Positions 56,637 through 64,000 of a stretch of 64,000 nucleotides of DNA are shown here, in pieces (within the stretch, counting starts at the first letter, position 1; each line of letters starts with the position of its first letter). Below the pieces are notes generated by a model that saw only the letters and a list, made by a program, of their open reading frames with translations, was not told where the DNA came from and did not search any database. Source of the DNA: Candidatus Woesearchaeota archaeon. Lineage in GTDB: Archaea > Nanobdellota > Nanobdellia > Woesearchaeales > GW2011-AR9. The stretch lies in the NCBI GenBank assembly GCA_018655525.1, contig JABIJM010000030.1:28083-92082 (forward strand), given 5' to 3'. The translations under genes were made by a program, and so were the position numbers.

Positions 56637-57398
56637 TTACTTCTTACCTTTCTTTGTAAAACCTTCAAATGCTTTCAAGATTTCTAAAGGCATTGCAAAA
56701 ATAACCGTATTACTTTGATCACTTGAAATATCATTAATACTTTGCAAGGTCCGAAGATGTAAAGCTCCTGGTGCTGTTGCAAGCATCTTTGCTGCTTTCG
56801 CCATGTTATCTGCTGCGATTGCTTCACCTGATGCTTTAATGATTACAGCTCGCTTCTCACGTTCTGATTCAGCTTCTCGTGCCATCATACGCTTCATATC
56901 TTGAGGTAATTCAATATGTTTCAAATCTACAGAATCAACTTTGATACCCCATGGATCTGTTGCTTTATCAACAAGTTGCTGGATTCTTTTAGATAACACA
57001 TCTCGTTTACTTAATAAGTCATCTAAGCTAACTTCTCCCACTACATCTCGCATGGTTGTTTGTGATAATTGTGAAGTTGCATAAAAGTAATTTTCTACAG
57101 ATAAAATTGCCAGTTTGGAATCTGCAATCTTAAAATACAGAACTGCATTTACACGTACCGAAACATTATCCTTTGTAATACAATCTTGATCTGGAACATC
57201 AACAGCTTTAACCCGCATATCTACTCTATCCCAAGATTGAAATAAAGGGATGATGAGCCGTAATCCGGGTTTCATAATACCTGAATATTTTCCTAATGTG
57301 AATTTCACACCACGTTCGTATTCCTTCACAACTTTCAAGCCTGAAAGAATAATAAATACTACTGCAATAATAATCCCATTTGTTAAAAAAAATGCCAT
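56637..57398 (-). CDS. SPFH/band-7 (stomatin/prohibitin-like) membrane protein
   Basis: N-terminal TM, then the band-7 core (RERGVKFTLGKY..., QDCITKDNVSVRVNAVLYFKI, coiled EAESEREKRAVIIKASGEA). Confidence 0.85.
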   Translation of the reverse strand: MAFFLTNGIIIAVVFIILSGLKVVKEYERGVKFTLGKYSGIMKPGLRLIIPLFQSWDRVDMRVKAVDVPDQDCITKDNVSVRVNAVLYFKIADSKLAILSVENYFYATSQLSQTTMRDVVGEVSLDDLLSKRDVLSKRIQQLVDKATDPWGIKVDSVDLKHIELPQDMKRMMAREAESEREKRAVIIKASGEAIAADNMAKAAKMLATAPGALHLRTLQSINDISSDQSNTVIFAMPLEILKAFEGFTKKGKK

Positions 57399-57479
57399 TT
57401 ATTAATACCCCCTAAAGTGAATTATGTAGAGATATATGAATATATAAATGTAATGCTTTAAGAGCATAGAAAGACCTAA

Positions 57480-57791
57480 TTACAAAGAAGTACGTTTTTC
57501 ATTTCTTAAATGAAGTAATTTTCCAAAAGAATGATAACCATGAGTTCCACTAGCAACATACACACTATTACTTCTCACATCATAAGCTGGACCAGGAAGT
57601 TGTGGATCTAATTGTTGACGAGAGAGATAACCCTTCCACCCATTAAGATGTCTATCAAAATCATGATTATTATCAAATTCTTGACCCACAAATTGTTCTA
57701 AGAAACCATGAACTCTAGAGAAATAAGGATCTTGAAGAGTTCCAGAAGGTAAACTCTTAAAATTAAATGTGCATCGCCATTCTAAACTCAT
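57480..57791 (-). CDS. Hypothetical small protein
   Basis: 103-aa ORF. No family recognised. Confidence 0.3.
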   Translation of the reverse strand: MSLEWRCTFNFKSLPSGTLQDPYFSRVHGFLEQFVGQEFDNNHDFDRHLNGWKGYLSRQQLDPQLPGPAYDVRSNSVYVASGTHGYHSFGKLLHLRNEKRTSL

Positions 57792-57871
57792 AATGAAAGA
57801 TTAACAATAATGATATTTAAATTTTTAGATTATAGACAAAGTATATAAACAAATAACTCTTTCTAAACCCC

Positions 57872-58975
57872 ATGAAAGTAACACCATGGGAAGTTTCAGG
57901 TACAATTGATTATAAAAAATTAATCACAAAGTTTGGGCTTCAGCATATGAAAGGTCTTCCTAAAACATTTCAAGAGAATGTATTATTCAGAAGAGGTCTT
58001 ATTTTTGCACATAGAGATTTCCCACAAATTTTAGATACGATCAAAAACAAAAAACGGTTTGCAATGATGACAGGTTTAATGCCATCTGGTAAATTTCATT
58101 TTGGTCATAAAATGGTGGCTGATCAGATTGTGTTTTATCAAAAATTAGGTGCAAAAATTTATCTTACTGTAGCTGATGTTGAAGCATACAATTCTAGAAA
58201 CGCAAATTTAAAAGAATTACATAAAACAGCAATTGAAGAATATCTTACAAATTATGTTGCATTAGGCTTAGATTTAAAAAAATGTGATTTTTATTTTCAA
58301 TCTCAAAGGTCAAAAGATGGAAAGAAAGCAAGTGCATATTACAGCTTAGCAAACATGCTTGGAAGACATGTAACATATAACGAATTTAAATCAATTTATG
58401 GGGAAGTTTCTCCAGGAAAATTATCTGCTTCTTTATTACAAGCTGCAGATATGTTACATCCACAATTAATGGAATTTGAGAAGCCACTCCCTGTTGTTGT
58501 ACCAGTAGGTGCAGACCAAGATCCACATTTACGTCTTGCACGAGATTTATCTAAAAGAATCAAACTACATAAATTCAAAACATTAAGTTCAACATATCAC
58601 AAATTTATGCCTGGATTAAAGGGTGGAAAGATGTCTTCTTCAGATGAAAATTCTTACATAGCATTATCAGAAAAACCAGAAGACGTTGCAAAGAAAATCA
58701 AAAAATATGCTTTTTCTGGTGGAAGAGCAACGTTAGAAGAACATCGGAAGAAAGGCGGAAACCCAGACGTTGACGTTGCGTATCAAATGCTTCTTTACGG
58801 GATGGAACCAGATGATCAAAAATTGCAAACAATTTATGATGATTATAAATCTGGAAAACTATTATCCGGAGAACTCAAAAATATCCTTATTGAAAAAATG
58901 ACTTCCTTCCTAAAAGAACATCAAAAAAAACGTATAAAAGCAAAGAAGGTTGTGGCAAAGTTTATAAACGAGTAA
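57872..58975 (+). CDS. trpS: Tryptophanyl-tRNA synthetase (archaeal/eukaryotic type)
   Basis: PSGKFHFGH (HIGH-class motif), KMSSS (KMSKS), AADMLHP, GADQDPH. 367 aa. Confidence 0.85.
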   Translation: MKVTPWEVSGTIDYKKLITKFGLQHMKGLPKTFQENVLFRRGLIFAHRDFPQILDTIKNKKRFAMMTGLMPSGKFHFGHKMVADQIVFYQKLGAKIYLTVADVEAYNSRNANLKELHKTAIEEYLTNYVALGLDLKKCDFYFQSQRSKDGKKASAYYSLANMLGRHVTYNEFKSIYGEVSPGKLSASLLQAADMLHPQLMEFEKPLPVVVPVGADQDPHLRLARDLSKRIKLHKFKTLSSTYHKFMPGLKGGKMSSSDENSYIALSEKPEDVAKKIKKYAFSGGRATLEEHRKKGGNPDVDVAYQMLLYGMEPDDQKLQTIYDDYKSGKLLSGELKNILIEKMTSFLKEHQKKRIKAKKVVAKFINE

Positions 58976-59007
58976 ATAATTCTACTACCATCAAAAAGAG
59001 GTAATTA

Positions 59008-59226
59008 ATGGCAAAACGTAAATCTAAAAAGAGTGATTGGCCTATTAAATGGGTTCCAAAACCATCCCCTGGTAGTTTTATGATTCTTGCAATGATTGGA
59101 TTCTTAGTAACCGCATATCTTGTACTACCGATAAGCACAGATTTTGCAGTTGCGTTAATGGTTGTATTTGCAGCAATGTTTATAGCTGCAATTATTAGCA
59201 CAACAAAAGCACCTTTAATGAAATAA
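59008..59226 (+). CDS. Small membrane protein, MAKRKxKK family (72 aa, two TM)
   Basis: MAKRKSKKSDWPIKW then hydrophobic segments. GAGGT 6 nt upstream of the ATG. Confidence 0.45.
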   Translation: MAKRKSKKSDWPIKWVPKPSPGSFMILAMIGFLVTAYLVLPISTDFAVALMVVFAAMFIAAIISTTKAPLMK

Positions 59227-59269
59227 AAAAATGAAAATAGGAATTTTCAATCATTCCTAAAGGAATAAA

Positions 59270-59746
59270 ATGGCAAAAAGAAAAACAAAAAAAACAGCAC
59301 CAAAATCTACAGGTGTTGTAAAATGGAAATTTCCAACAAGCGAATTTTATATGATGCGTCTTGAATCGCTTGCAGTAGGAATTATCGCAATCCTAATTTT
59401 CGTCGTTGCAATCTTTAATGTAAACGGCGCATGGCCATCTTTCCTTTTAACAGTTCTATTCGTAGGAATTTATATCTTAGTATCAAGTTTGATTCAAAAG
59501 ATTCGGCAAGTACAAGAAACCTATGAAGTTAAAAACAATCATTTACATATCACACGAAAAACTAAATTTAAAACAAGAAAAGAAAAAATCCCATTAAAAG
59601 ATATTGATTTACATAAATTAGACAGATTATTTTTAGGTGGATACCTTGTAAGTAGCAAAGGAAGACATGCATTATTCTTTCAAGCTGTGGAAGATTTAGA
59701 AAAGTTTGAAAAAGCACTTCTTAAAGGAATGAAGAAACGCAAATAA
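59270..59746 (+). CDS. Membrane protein, MAKRKxKK family (158 aa) with a C-terminal soluble extension
   Basis: MAKRKTKKTAPKSTGVVKWKFP then two TM segments. Adjacent to its paralog. Confidence 0.45.
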   Translation: MAKRKTKKTAPKSTGVVKWKFPTSEFYMMRLESLAVGIIAILIFVVAIFNVNGAWPSFLLTVLFVGIYILVSSLIQKIRQVQETYEVKNNHLHITRKTKFKTRKEKIPLKDIDLHKLDRLFLGGYLVSSKGRHALFFQAVEDLEKFEKALLKGMKKRK

Positions 59747-60046
59747 TTATTTTTTAAACATACTATCAAACTTCTCTTTTGCTTTATGTTCTTTTACAAA
59801 CACAACATGAGAAGATCGCTTATCAAATAATGCAACTGCGAGTGAAACAACATTCCGGTCATCATTCATTTGATTCTTAATTGCAAGAGACTTCGCTTCA
59901 CGCAAACATTCATCTAATAACATAAGCTGCTCACGTCTTGCTTCTTCTTCTGCTTGACCTTCTTCCTCATCTGTGAGAATAATCTCTTTCCATTCAGGAT
60001 AATTGCTTCCTTCTACATCTTTAGGAAACTTCTTTGAAAATGCCAT
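59747..60046 (-). CDS. Hypothetical small acidic protein
   Basis: 99-aa ORF. No family recognised. Confidence 0.3.
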   Translation of the reverse strand: MAFSKKFPKDVEGSNYPEWKEIILTDEEEGQAEEEARREQLMLLDECLREAKSLAIKNQMNDDRNVVSLAVALFDKRSSHVVFVKEHKAKEKFDSMFKK

Positions 60047-60098
60047 AAATACAAAAACCGGAGGGAATATTTATAAGTTTATACACTGAATAACATAT

Positions 60099-60830
60099 AT
60101 GCCATCATTTTGGAGACACGTAAACCTTGTACTTAAAGAATCAGAAATCGTCATTGAAGTACTTGACGCTAGACACATCAATGAAACAAGAAATGTGGAA
60201 ATTGAAAAGAAAATAGAAAAGTATGGAAAGAAAATTCTCTATGTTATCAATAAATGTGATTTAGTAAGCAAAAAAGAATTACAAGCTTCAAAACGAAAAT
60301 TACATCCTTCTGTGTTTATTTCAAGTAAAGATCATCTTGGAACAACAATGTTAAAACATAAAATCTTAGAATTATCTAGAGGAGAAAATACGACCGTTGG
60401 TATTGTAGGATACCCAAATGTAGGAAAATCTTCTCTTATTAACGCATTAGCAGGAAGAGGAAAAGCACGAACATCTTCCGAAAGTGGATTTACCAAAGGA
60501 GTTCAAAAAGTACGAGTGGATGCAAAAATCGTGGTATTAGATACACCGGGAGTATTTCCAGATATGGAAAAAGATAATGAAAAATTTGGAAAAACAGGTG
60601 CAATTGATTACAGTAAAATCAAAGATCCAGAGATTGCAGCATTAAAATTAATTGAAGAGAAAAAAGAAGTATTACAAAAACATTTTGACATTCATGAAGA
60701 TGATGAAGAAGAATTCTTAGAACAAATTGCTTTTAAATTCAAAAAGATGGCAAAAGGCGGAAAACCAGATGTTGAAGCTGCTGCTCGTTTACTCTTAAAA
60801 GAATGGCAAACTGGAAAAGTAAAGGCATAA
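60099..60830 (+). CDS. Circularly permuted GTPase (YlqF/Nug1/MJ1464-like ribosome-biogenesis GTPase)
   Basis: Permuted order: VINKCDL (G4) before GYPNVGKSSLINAL (G1) and DTPGV (G3). Confidence 0.65.
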   Translation: MPSFWRHVNLVLKESEIVIEVLDARHINETRNVEIEKKIEKYGKKILYVINKCDLVSKKELQASKRKLHPSVFISSKDHLGTTMLKHKILELSRGENTTVGIVGYPNVGKSSLINALAGRGKARTSSESGFTKGVQKVRVDAKIVVLDTPGVFPDMEKDNEKFGKTGAIDYSKIKDPEIAALKLIEEKKEVLQKHFDIHEDDEEEFLEQIAFKFKKMAKGGKPDVEAAARLLLKEWQTGKVKA

Positions 60831-60872
60831 AAGTTATAAACATATTAACAATAGTTAAGATAAGGTGATATT

Positions 60873-61253
60873 ATGTGTATTAAAAAATATGTAAAAGGAA
60901 AAGAAGCTATTTTCTATGGAATTTTTAGAATTTTAGTTGGGTTAATGTTCTTTCTTCATGGATGGACAAAATTATTTGGTGCAAAACCAGTTGCATTAAT
61001 GAGTTTAATGGGAGCAGCAGGAGTTATTGAATTAGCTGTAGGAATTATGTTAGTATTAGGATTGTGGACTAGATTAGGTGCATTGATTGCAGGAATTGAA
61101 ATGTTAGTAGCATACTTTATGGCACACTTTCCTAACGGATGGAATCCTTTGACAAACAACGGAGAACCAGCATTACTCTTTTTTGCAGCATTCCTTGTAG
61201 TATTATACCATGGAAACGGTAAATGGGCTGTAGAGAAAAAAGAAACATTTTAG
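60873..61253 (+). CDS. DoxX-family membrane protein
   Basis: FRILVGLMFFLHGWTKLFG and 4 TM in 126 aa are typical of DoxX. Confidence 0.55.
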   Translation: MCIKKYVKGKEAIFYGIFRILVGLMFFLHGWTKLFGAKPVALMSLMGAAGVIELAVGIMLVLGLWTRLGALIAGIEMLVAYFMAHFPNGWNPLTNNGEPALLFFAAFLVVLYHGNGKWAVEKKETF

Positions 61254-61265
61254 TTTCTTTATTTT

Positions 61266-63458
61266 TTATTTTTTTATTATGTATTCTTTCTTAAAGAAAT
61301 CAACCAACCTTTCAGCTGTTTTCTTTCCAATACCTTCAATTTTCACCAAATCTTCAACAGACGATTCTACAACAGATTTAATTGATCCAAAACACTCCAA
61401 CAACCTTCTAGCATTTACCAAACCCATATTAGGGATTGAGGAAATAAAGAATTCTTGTTGCTCTTTCTCAGATACTGGTTTTCCCGCATGTAAGGAATAT
61501 GTTCTTCCAGTATCCTGTTCACGTTTTGCCATCACTGCAAGTAATGCAGCCGTATCTTTTGGATTCTTCGTATGAAGAATAGGGATATTAAATCCAAGTG
61601 CAATTGAAGCTAACATGCCTCTGATTGCATTCGCATGAACTTTACGGATAGAATACATATCTTCTTCACCTTCAATAATAAGAACTGATTTTTCAAAATT
61701 CGCTTTAAGATCCCTCATTTGATCTAATAAACGACGATCAATAATAGATGCAATAAAGTCAGGAATTTTTTTCAATTCCACACCCACTTTTCCAGAGACA
61801 ACATAATCTGCAGATACTAATTGTTCCGTTTTTACAGAGAGACCCATTTCAATTAATTCTTTAACAATACGATTGTTTTTTTCTCTATGATCTGCAACCA
61901 CTGCAACAACTTGATTTTTAGGAATAAATTGATCTAAAGTTTTATTTTGCTGTTGTTGAACTAATGTGAAATCAGATTTTAATTTGTCTAAATTACGATA
62001 CATCCGCTTCTCTTTATGATGTGCACTCCATTTGTAACCTTCATCCCTTGTACCTGAAGTCATTAAAACTGTAACTTCTCCTTTTTCTAATCTTCCCGTT
62101 CGTCCTCTTCGTTGAATTGCTCTAATTGCAGAAGGCACAGGTTCATAGAAAATAACTTCGTCCACTTTTGGAATATCTAATCCTTCTTCTGCAACAGATG
62201 TCGCAACAAGAATTTGAAATTCACCGTTCCGAAATTGATCCAAGATTTCTTTTTGTTTTTTTTGAGAAAAACCAATACCTTTCTTCTTCGCTTGACCAAC
62301 AAAGATATGAGCCGTAATATTCATTTCTTCTAAATTCTTTACGATTAAACTTGCAGAGTCACGAAATTGAGTGAAAATAATCGCTTTCTTTTCTTTTGTA
62401 ATATCCGAAAGCATTTCTTTCATTTTTGTAAGTTTGGGATGTTCAACATTATTCTCAACCAACTTTTGACTGTGATATAATGCAGATTTAAAATTCGCAT
62501 CCAACATTAAATTCTTTACAGCCTTCGTTTTAGATGTTGCAGCTTGCTTTACAATCCCATCAAGATATTCATAACATTGATGAACACCTTGACACTCCAA
62601 CATTTCAATTCCATGTTCAACCTTCAATGCTTCTGCAACAAGTGACATAGAACGCATTGCATCAAAATCTTTTTCTCCAGAAGAGATTTTCTTAATCAAT
62701 TCTCCTTGTAATCGTAATAAATCTGTTTTACGTGCTTCAGGATCATTACAAAATCCTAATCCTTTTGCTTCTAATAATTTAGATTTCCTACAATCTTTCA
62801 AATATTTCTGAACAATCTTATATTCTTCTGGAAATTTCACAGGAACCCAATTTAATTGTACATCTTGAATATACGGTTTCATATCTGGATCCCTATCCGT
62901 TCGTACTTCCAACTTTTCAATCTTTAAATTGGAACACACTTCCTTTACCGTTTCTAAATCTGAACCAGGAGACGCAGTTAATGCAAGAATTCTACTATAT
63001 TTAGATGTTTTTTCATATCTATCTGCAATCCATACATATGCATATTCTCCCGTTGCATGATGCGCTTCATCAAATATTAACAATGAAACATCTTGAAGCT
63101 TAACTCGTTGATTAATAACATCATTCTCCAAACCTTGTGGCGTTGATACAATTACCTGCGCATCCTTCCATAAAATCTCTCTTTTCTCGGGTTTCACGGA
63201 TCCTGTAAACAACACAACATTCTCTTCTGCAACATTAAGATGATTCTTGAAAGATTCCACATGCTGCTCACACAACGGTTTTGTTGGTGCAAGCATAAGA
63301 ATCTTAGATTTTGGATAATGATGCAACCTTTGAGCTGCCAATAAAAAAGCTAATGCAGTCTTTCCCATACCTGTAGGTAAAACTACTAAAGTATTGGCTC
63401 TAGCAGCAGTGCCTAAAATTGTTTGTTGATACAATCTTGGAGAGAAGTTCTTAATCAT
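61266..63458 (-). CDS. hef: Hef helicase-nuclease (archaeal XPF/FANCM homolog)
   Basis: SF2 helicase (LPTGMGKT, DEAH, TSVAEEGLDIP, QRRGRTGR), then the ERCC4 nuclease (IIDRRLLDQMRDL...LIIEGE) and C-terminal HhH2 (GIGKKTAERL). Confidence 0.85.
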   Translation of the reverse strand: MIKNFSPRLYQQTILGTAARANTLVVLPTGMGKTALAFLLAAQRLHHYPKSKILMLAPTKPLCEQHVESFKNHLNVAEENVVLFTGSVKPEKREILWKDAQVIVSTPQGLENDVINQRVKLQDVSLLIFDEAHHATGEYAYVWIADRYEKTSKYSRILALTASPGSDLETVKEVCSNLKIEKLEVRTDRDPDMKPYIQDVQLNWVPVKFPEEYKIVQKYLKDCRKSKLLEAKGLGFCNDPEARKTDLLRLQGELIKKISSGEKDFDAMRSMSLVAEALKVEHGIEMLECQGVHQCYEYLDGIVKQAATSKTKAVKNLMLDANFKSALYHSQKLVENNVEHPKLTKMKEMLSDITKEKKAIIFTQFRDSASLIVKNLEEMNITAHIFVGQAKKKGIGFSQKKQKEILDQFRNGEFQILVATSVAEEGLDIPKVDEVIFYEPVPSAIRAIQRRGRTGRLEKGEVTVLMTSGTRDEGYKWSAHHKEKRMYRNLDKLKSDFTLVQQQQNKTLDQFIPKNQVVAVVADHREKNNRIVKELIEMGLSVKTEQLVSADYVVSGKVGVELKKIPDFIASIIDRRLLDQMRDLKANFEKSVLIIEGEEDMYSIRKVHANAIRGMLASIALGFNIPILHTKNPKDTAALLAVMAKREQDTGRTYSLHAGKPVSEKEQQEFFISSIPNMGLVNARRLLECFGSIKSVVESSVEDLVKIEGIGKKTAERLVDFFKKEYIIKK

Positions 63459-63480
63459 CTCAATTTACGTAGAATCTGAG

Positions 63481-63520
63481 TATAAAAGGCTTGTGGGTAC
63501 TTGTCTAGTGTGGGGTGTGG
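63481..63520 (+). promoter_or_regulatory. TATA box (TATAAAAG) followed directly by the operator-like motif GCTTGTGGGTACTTGTCTAGTGTGGGGTGTGG
   Basis: Second copy of the 21115..21146 motif in the same orientation relative to its downstream gene (start 63565). Confidence 0.5.
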
Positions 63521-63564
63521 GAAATTTCCAAAACTCTTATTAAAACCTAAATCTTACACATTAT

Positions 63565-64000
63565 ATGCAAATACATATCTCAACAAGAAAAGAATGGCGA
63601 GAATGGTTAAGAAAAAATCACAAAAAACAATCTAAAGTCGCCATTATTCTTCACAAAAAGCACACTGGAAAACCTTCTATTTCACATAAAGAATCCATGG
63701 AAGAAGCAATTTGTTTTGGATGGATTGATACGACACTTAAAAGAATTAACGAAGATACCTATCAACGAACATTTGTACGGAGAACAGATAAAAGTAAATG
63801 GAGTAGAAACACCCTTAGATATGCTCAAGAACTCATAAAGAAACGAAAAATGGCCAAAGAAGGTTTACGTAGATACAACCAAGCTAAAGATATACCTCCT
63901 TTGGATCATGATCTTCCAAAGAACCCCGAACCGTCAGAACTTATGAAAAAGATGTTAGGAAAAAATCTAAAAAAATTTCTAAAACTTCCAAAATCAACAA
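63565..64000 (+). CDS. YdeI/OmpD-associated (DUF1801-like) protein, 3'-truncated by the window end
   Basis: MQIHISTRKEWREWLRKNHKK...GWIDTTLKR pattern. No stop before 64000. Confidence 0.45.
   Translation, partial: MQIHISTRKEWREWLRKNHKKQSKVAIILHKKHTGKPSISHKESMEEAICFGWIDTTLKRINEDTYQRTFVRRTDKSKWSRNTLRYAQELIKKRKMAKEGLRRYNQAKDIPPLDHDLPKNPEPSELMKKMLGKNLKKFLKLPKST

Noticed and set aside
3067-57791. Possible paralogy among small His-rich ORFs 3067..3363, 31437..31727, 57480..57791
   Set aside because: Only short, non-collinear His/Gly-containing snippets are shared. There is no alignable core.
1-64000. CRISPR arrays or rRNA genes
   Set aside because: No direct-repeat/spacer periodicity and no rRNA-like conserved blocks were seen anywhere. 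The only long repeats are the paralogous genes and the promoter modules.
1-64000. Possibility that the window is from a CPR bacterium rather than an archaeon (because of Lgt, LspA, GGDEF, HtpX, FtsX permease)
   Set aside because: ABCE1, Topo VI A/B, archaeal DnaG, Hef, aIF5B/aIF1A/aEF-1beta, Trm1, archaeal GluRS/TrpRS and BHB-type tRNA introns are spread across the whole window on both strands. The bacterial-like genes are interleaved with them, not on a separate block.

Overview
This is a compact, AT-rich chromosomal segment that reads as archaeal, and its small genes and low GC suggest a DPANN-like lineage. The archaeal call rests on ABCE1, topoisomerase VI A/B, archaeal DnaG, Hef, aIF5B, aIF1A, aEF-1beta, archaeal-type GluRS and TrpRS, Trm1, geranylgeranyl reductase, a RIO kinase with an adjacent KH protein, and two intron-containing tRNAs. 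Most of the window is housekeeping (translation, replication, repair). Interspersed are many secreted or membrane-anchored Ig-like and CARDB-like surface proteins, including a 6-kb minus-strand cluster. Mobile selfish elements are present: two LAGLIDADG homing endonucleases, one sitting between two tRNA genes, and a 428-aa intein in the Walker A motif of a HerA/DUF87-type ATPase. Several modules look bacterial in flavour. These are Lgt and LspA (lipoprotein maturation) with lipobox-bearing substrates, a response-regulator receiver fused or split to a complete GGDEF domain, and HtpX. Non-coding signals include a conserved CTTGT-N5-CTTGT operator-like motif immediately downstream of the TATA box at two promoters, a recurrent TATA consensus (TTTATAAAGGTT), two GC-rich islands that look like structured RNAs, and a 100-nt palindrome. 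No CRISPR array and no rRNA were found. All calls are from reading the sequence and the ORF track without searches. Family assignments for the conserved housekeeping genes are firm. Assignments for short or novel ORFs are tentative.
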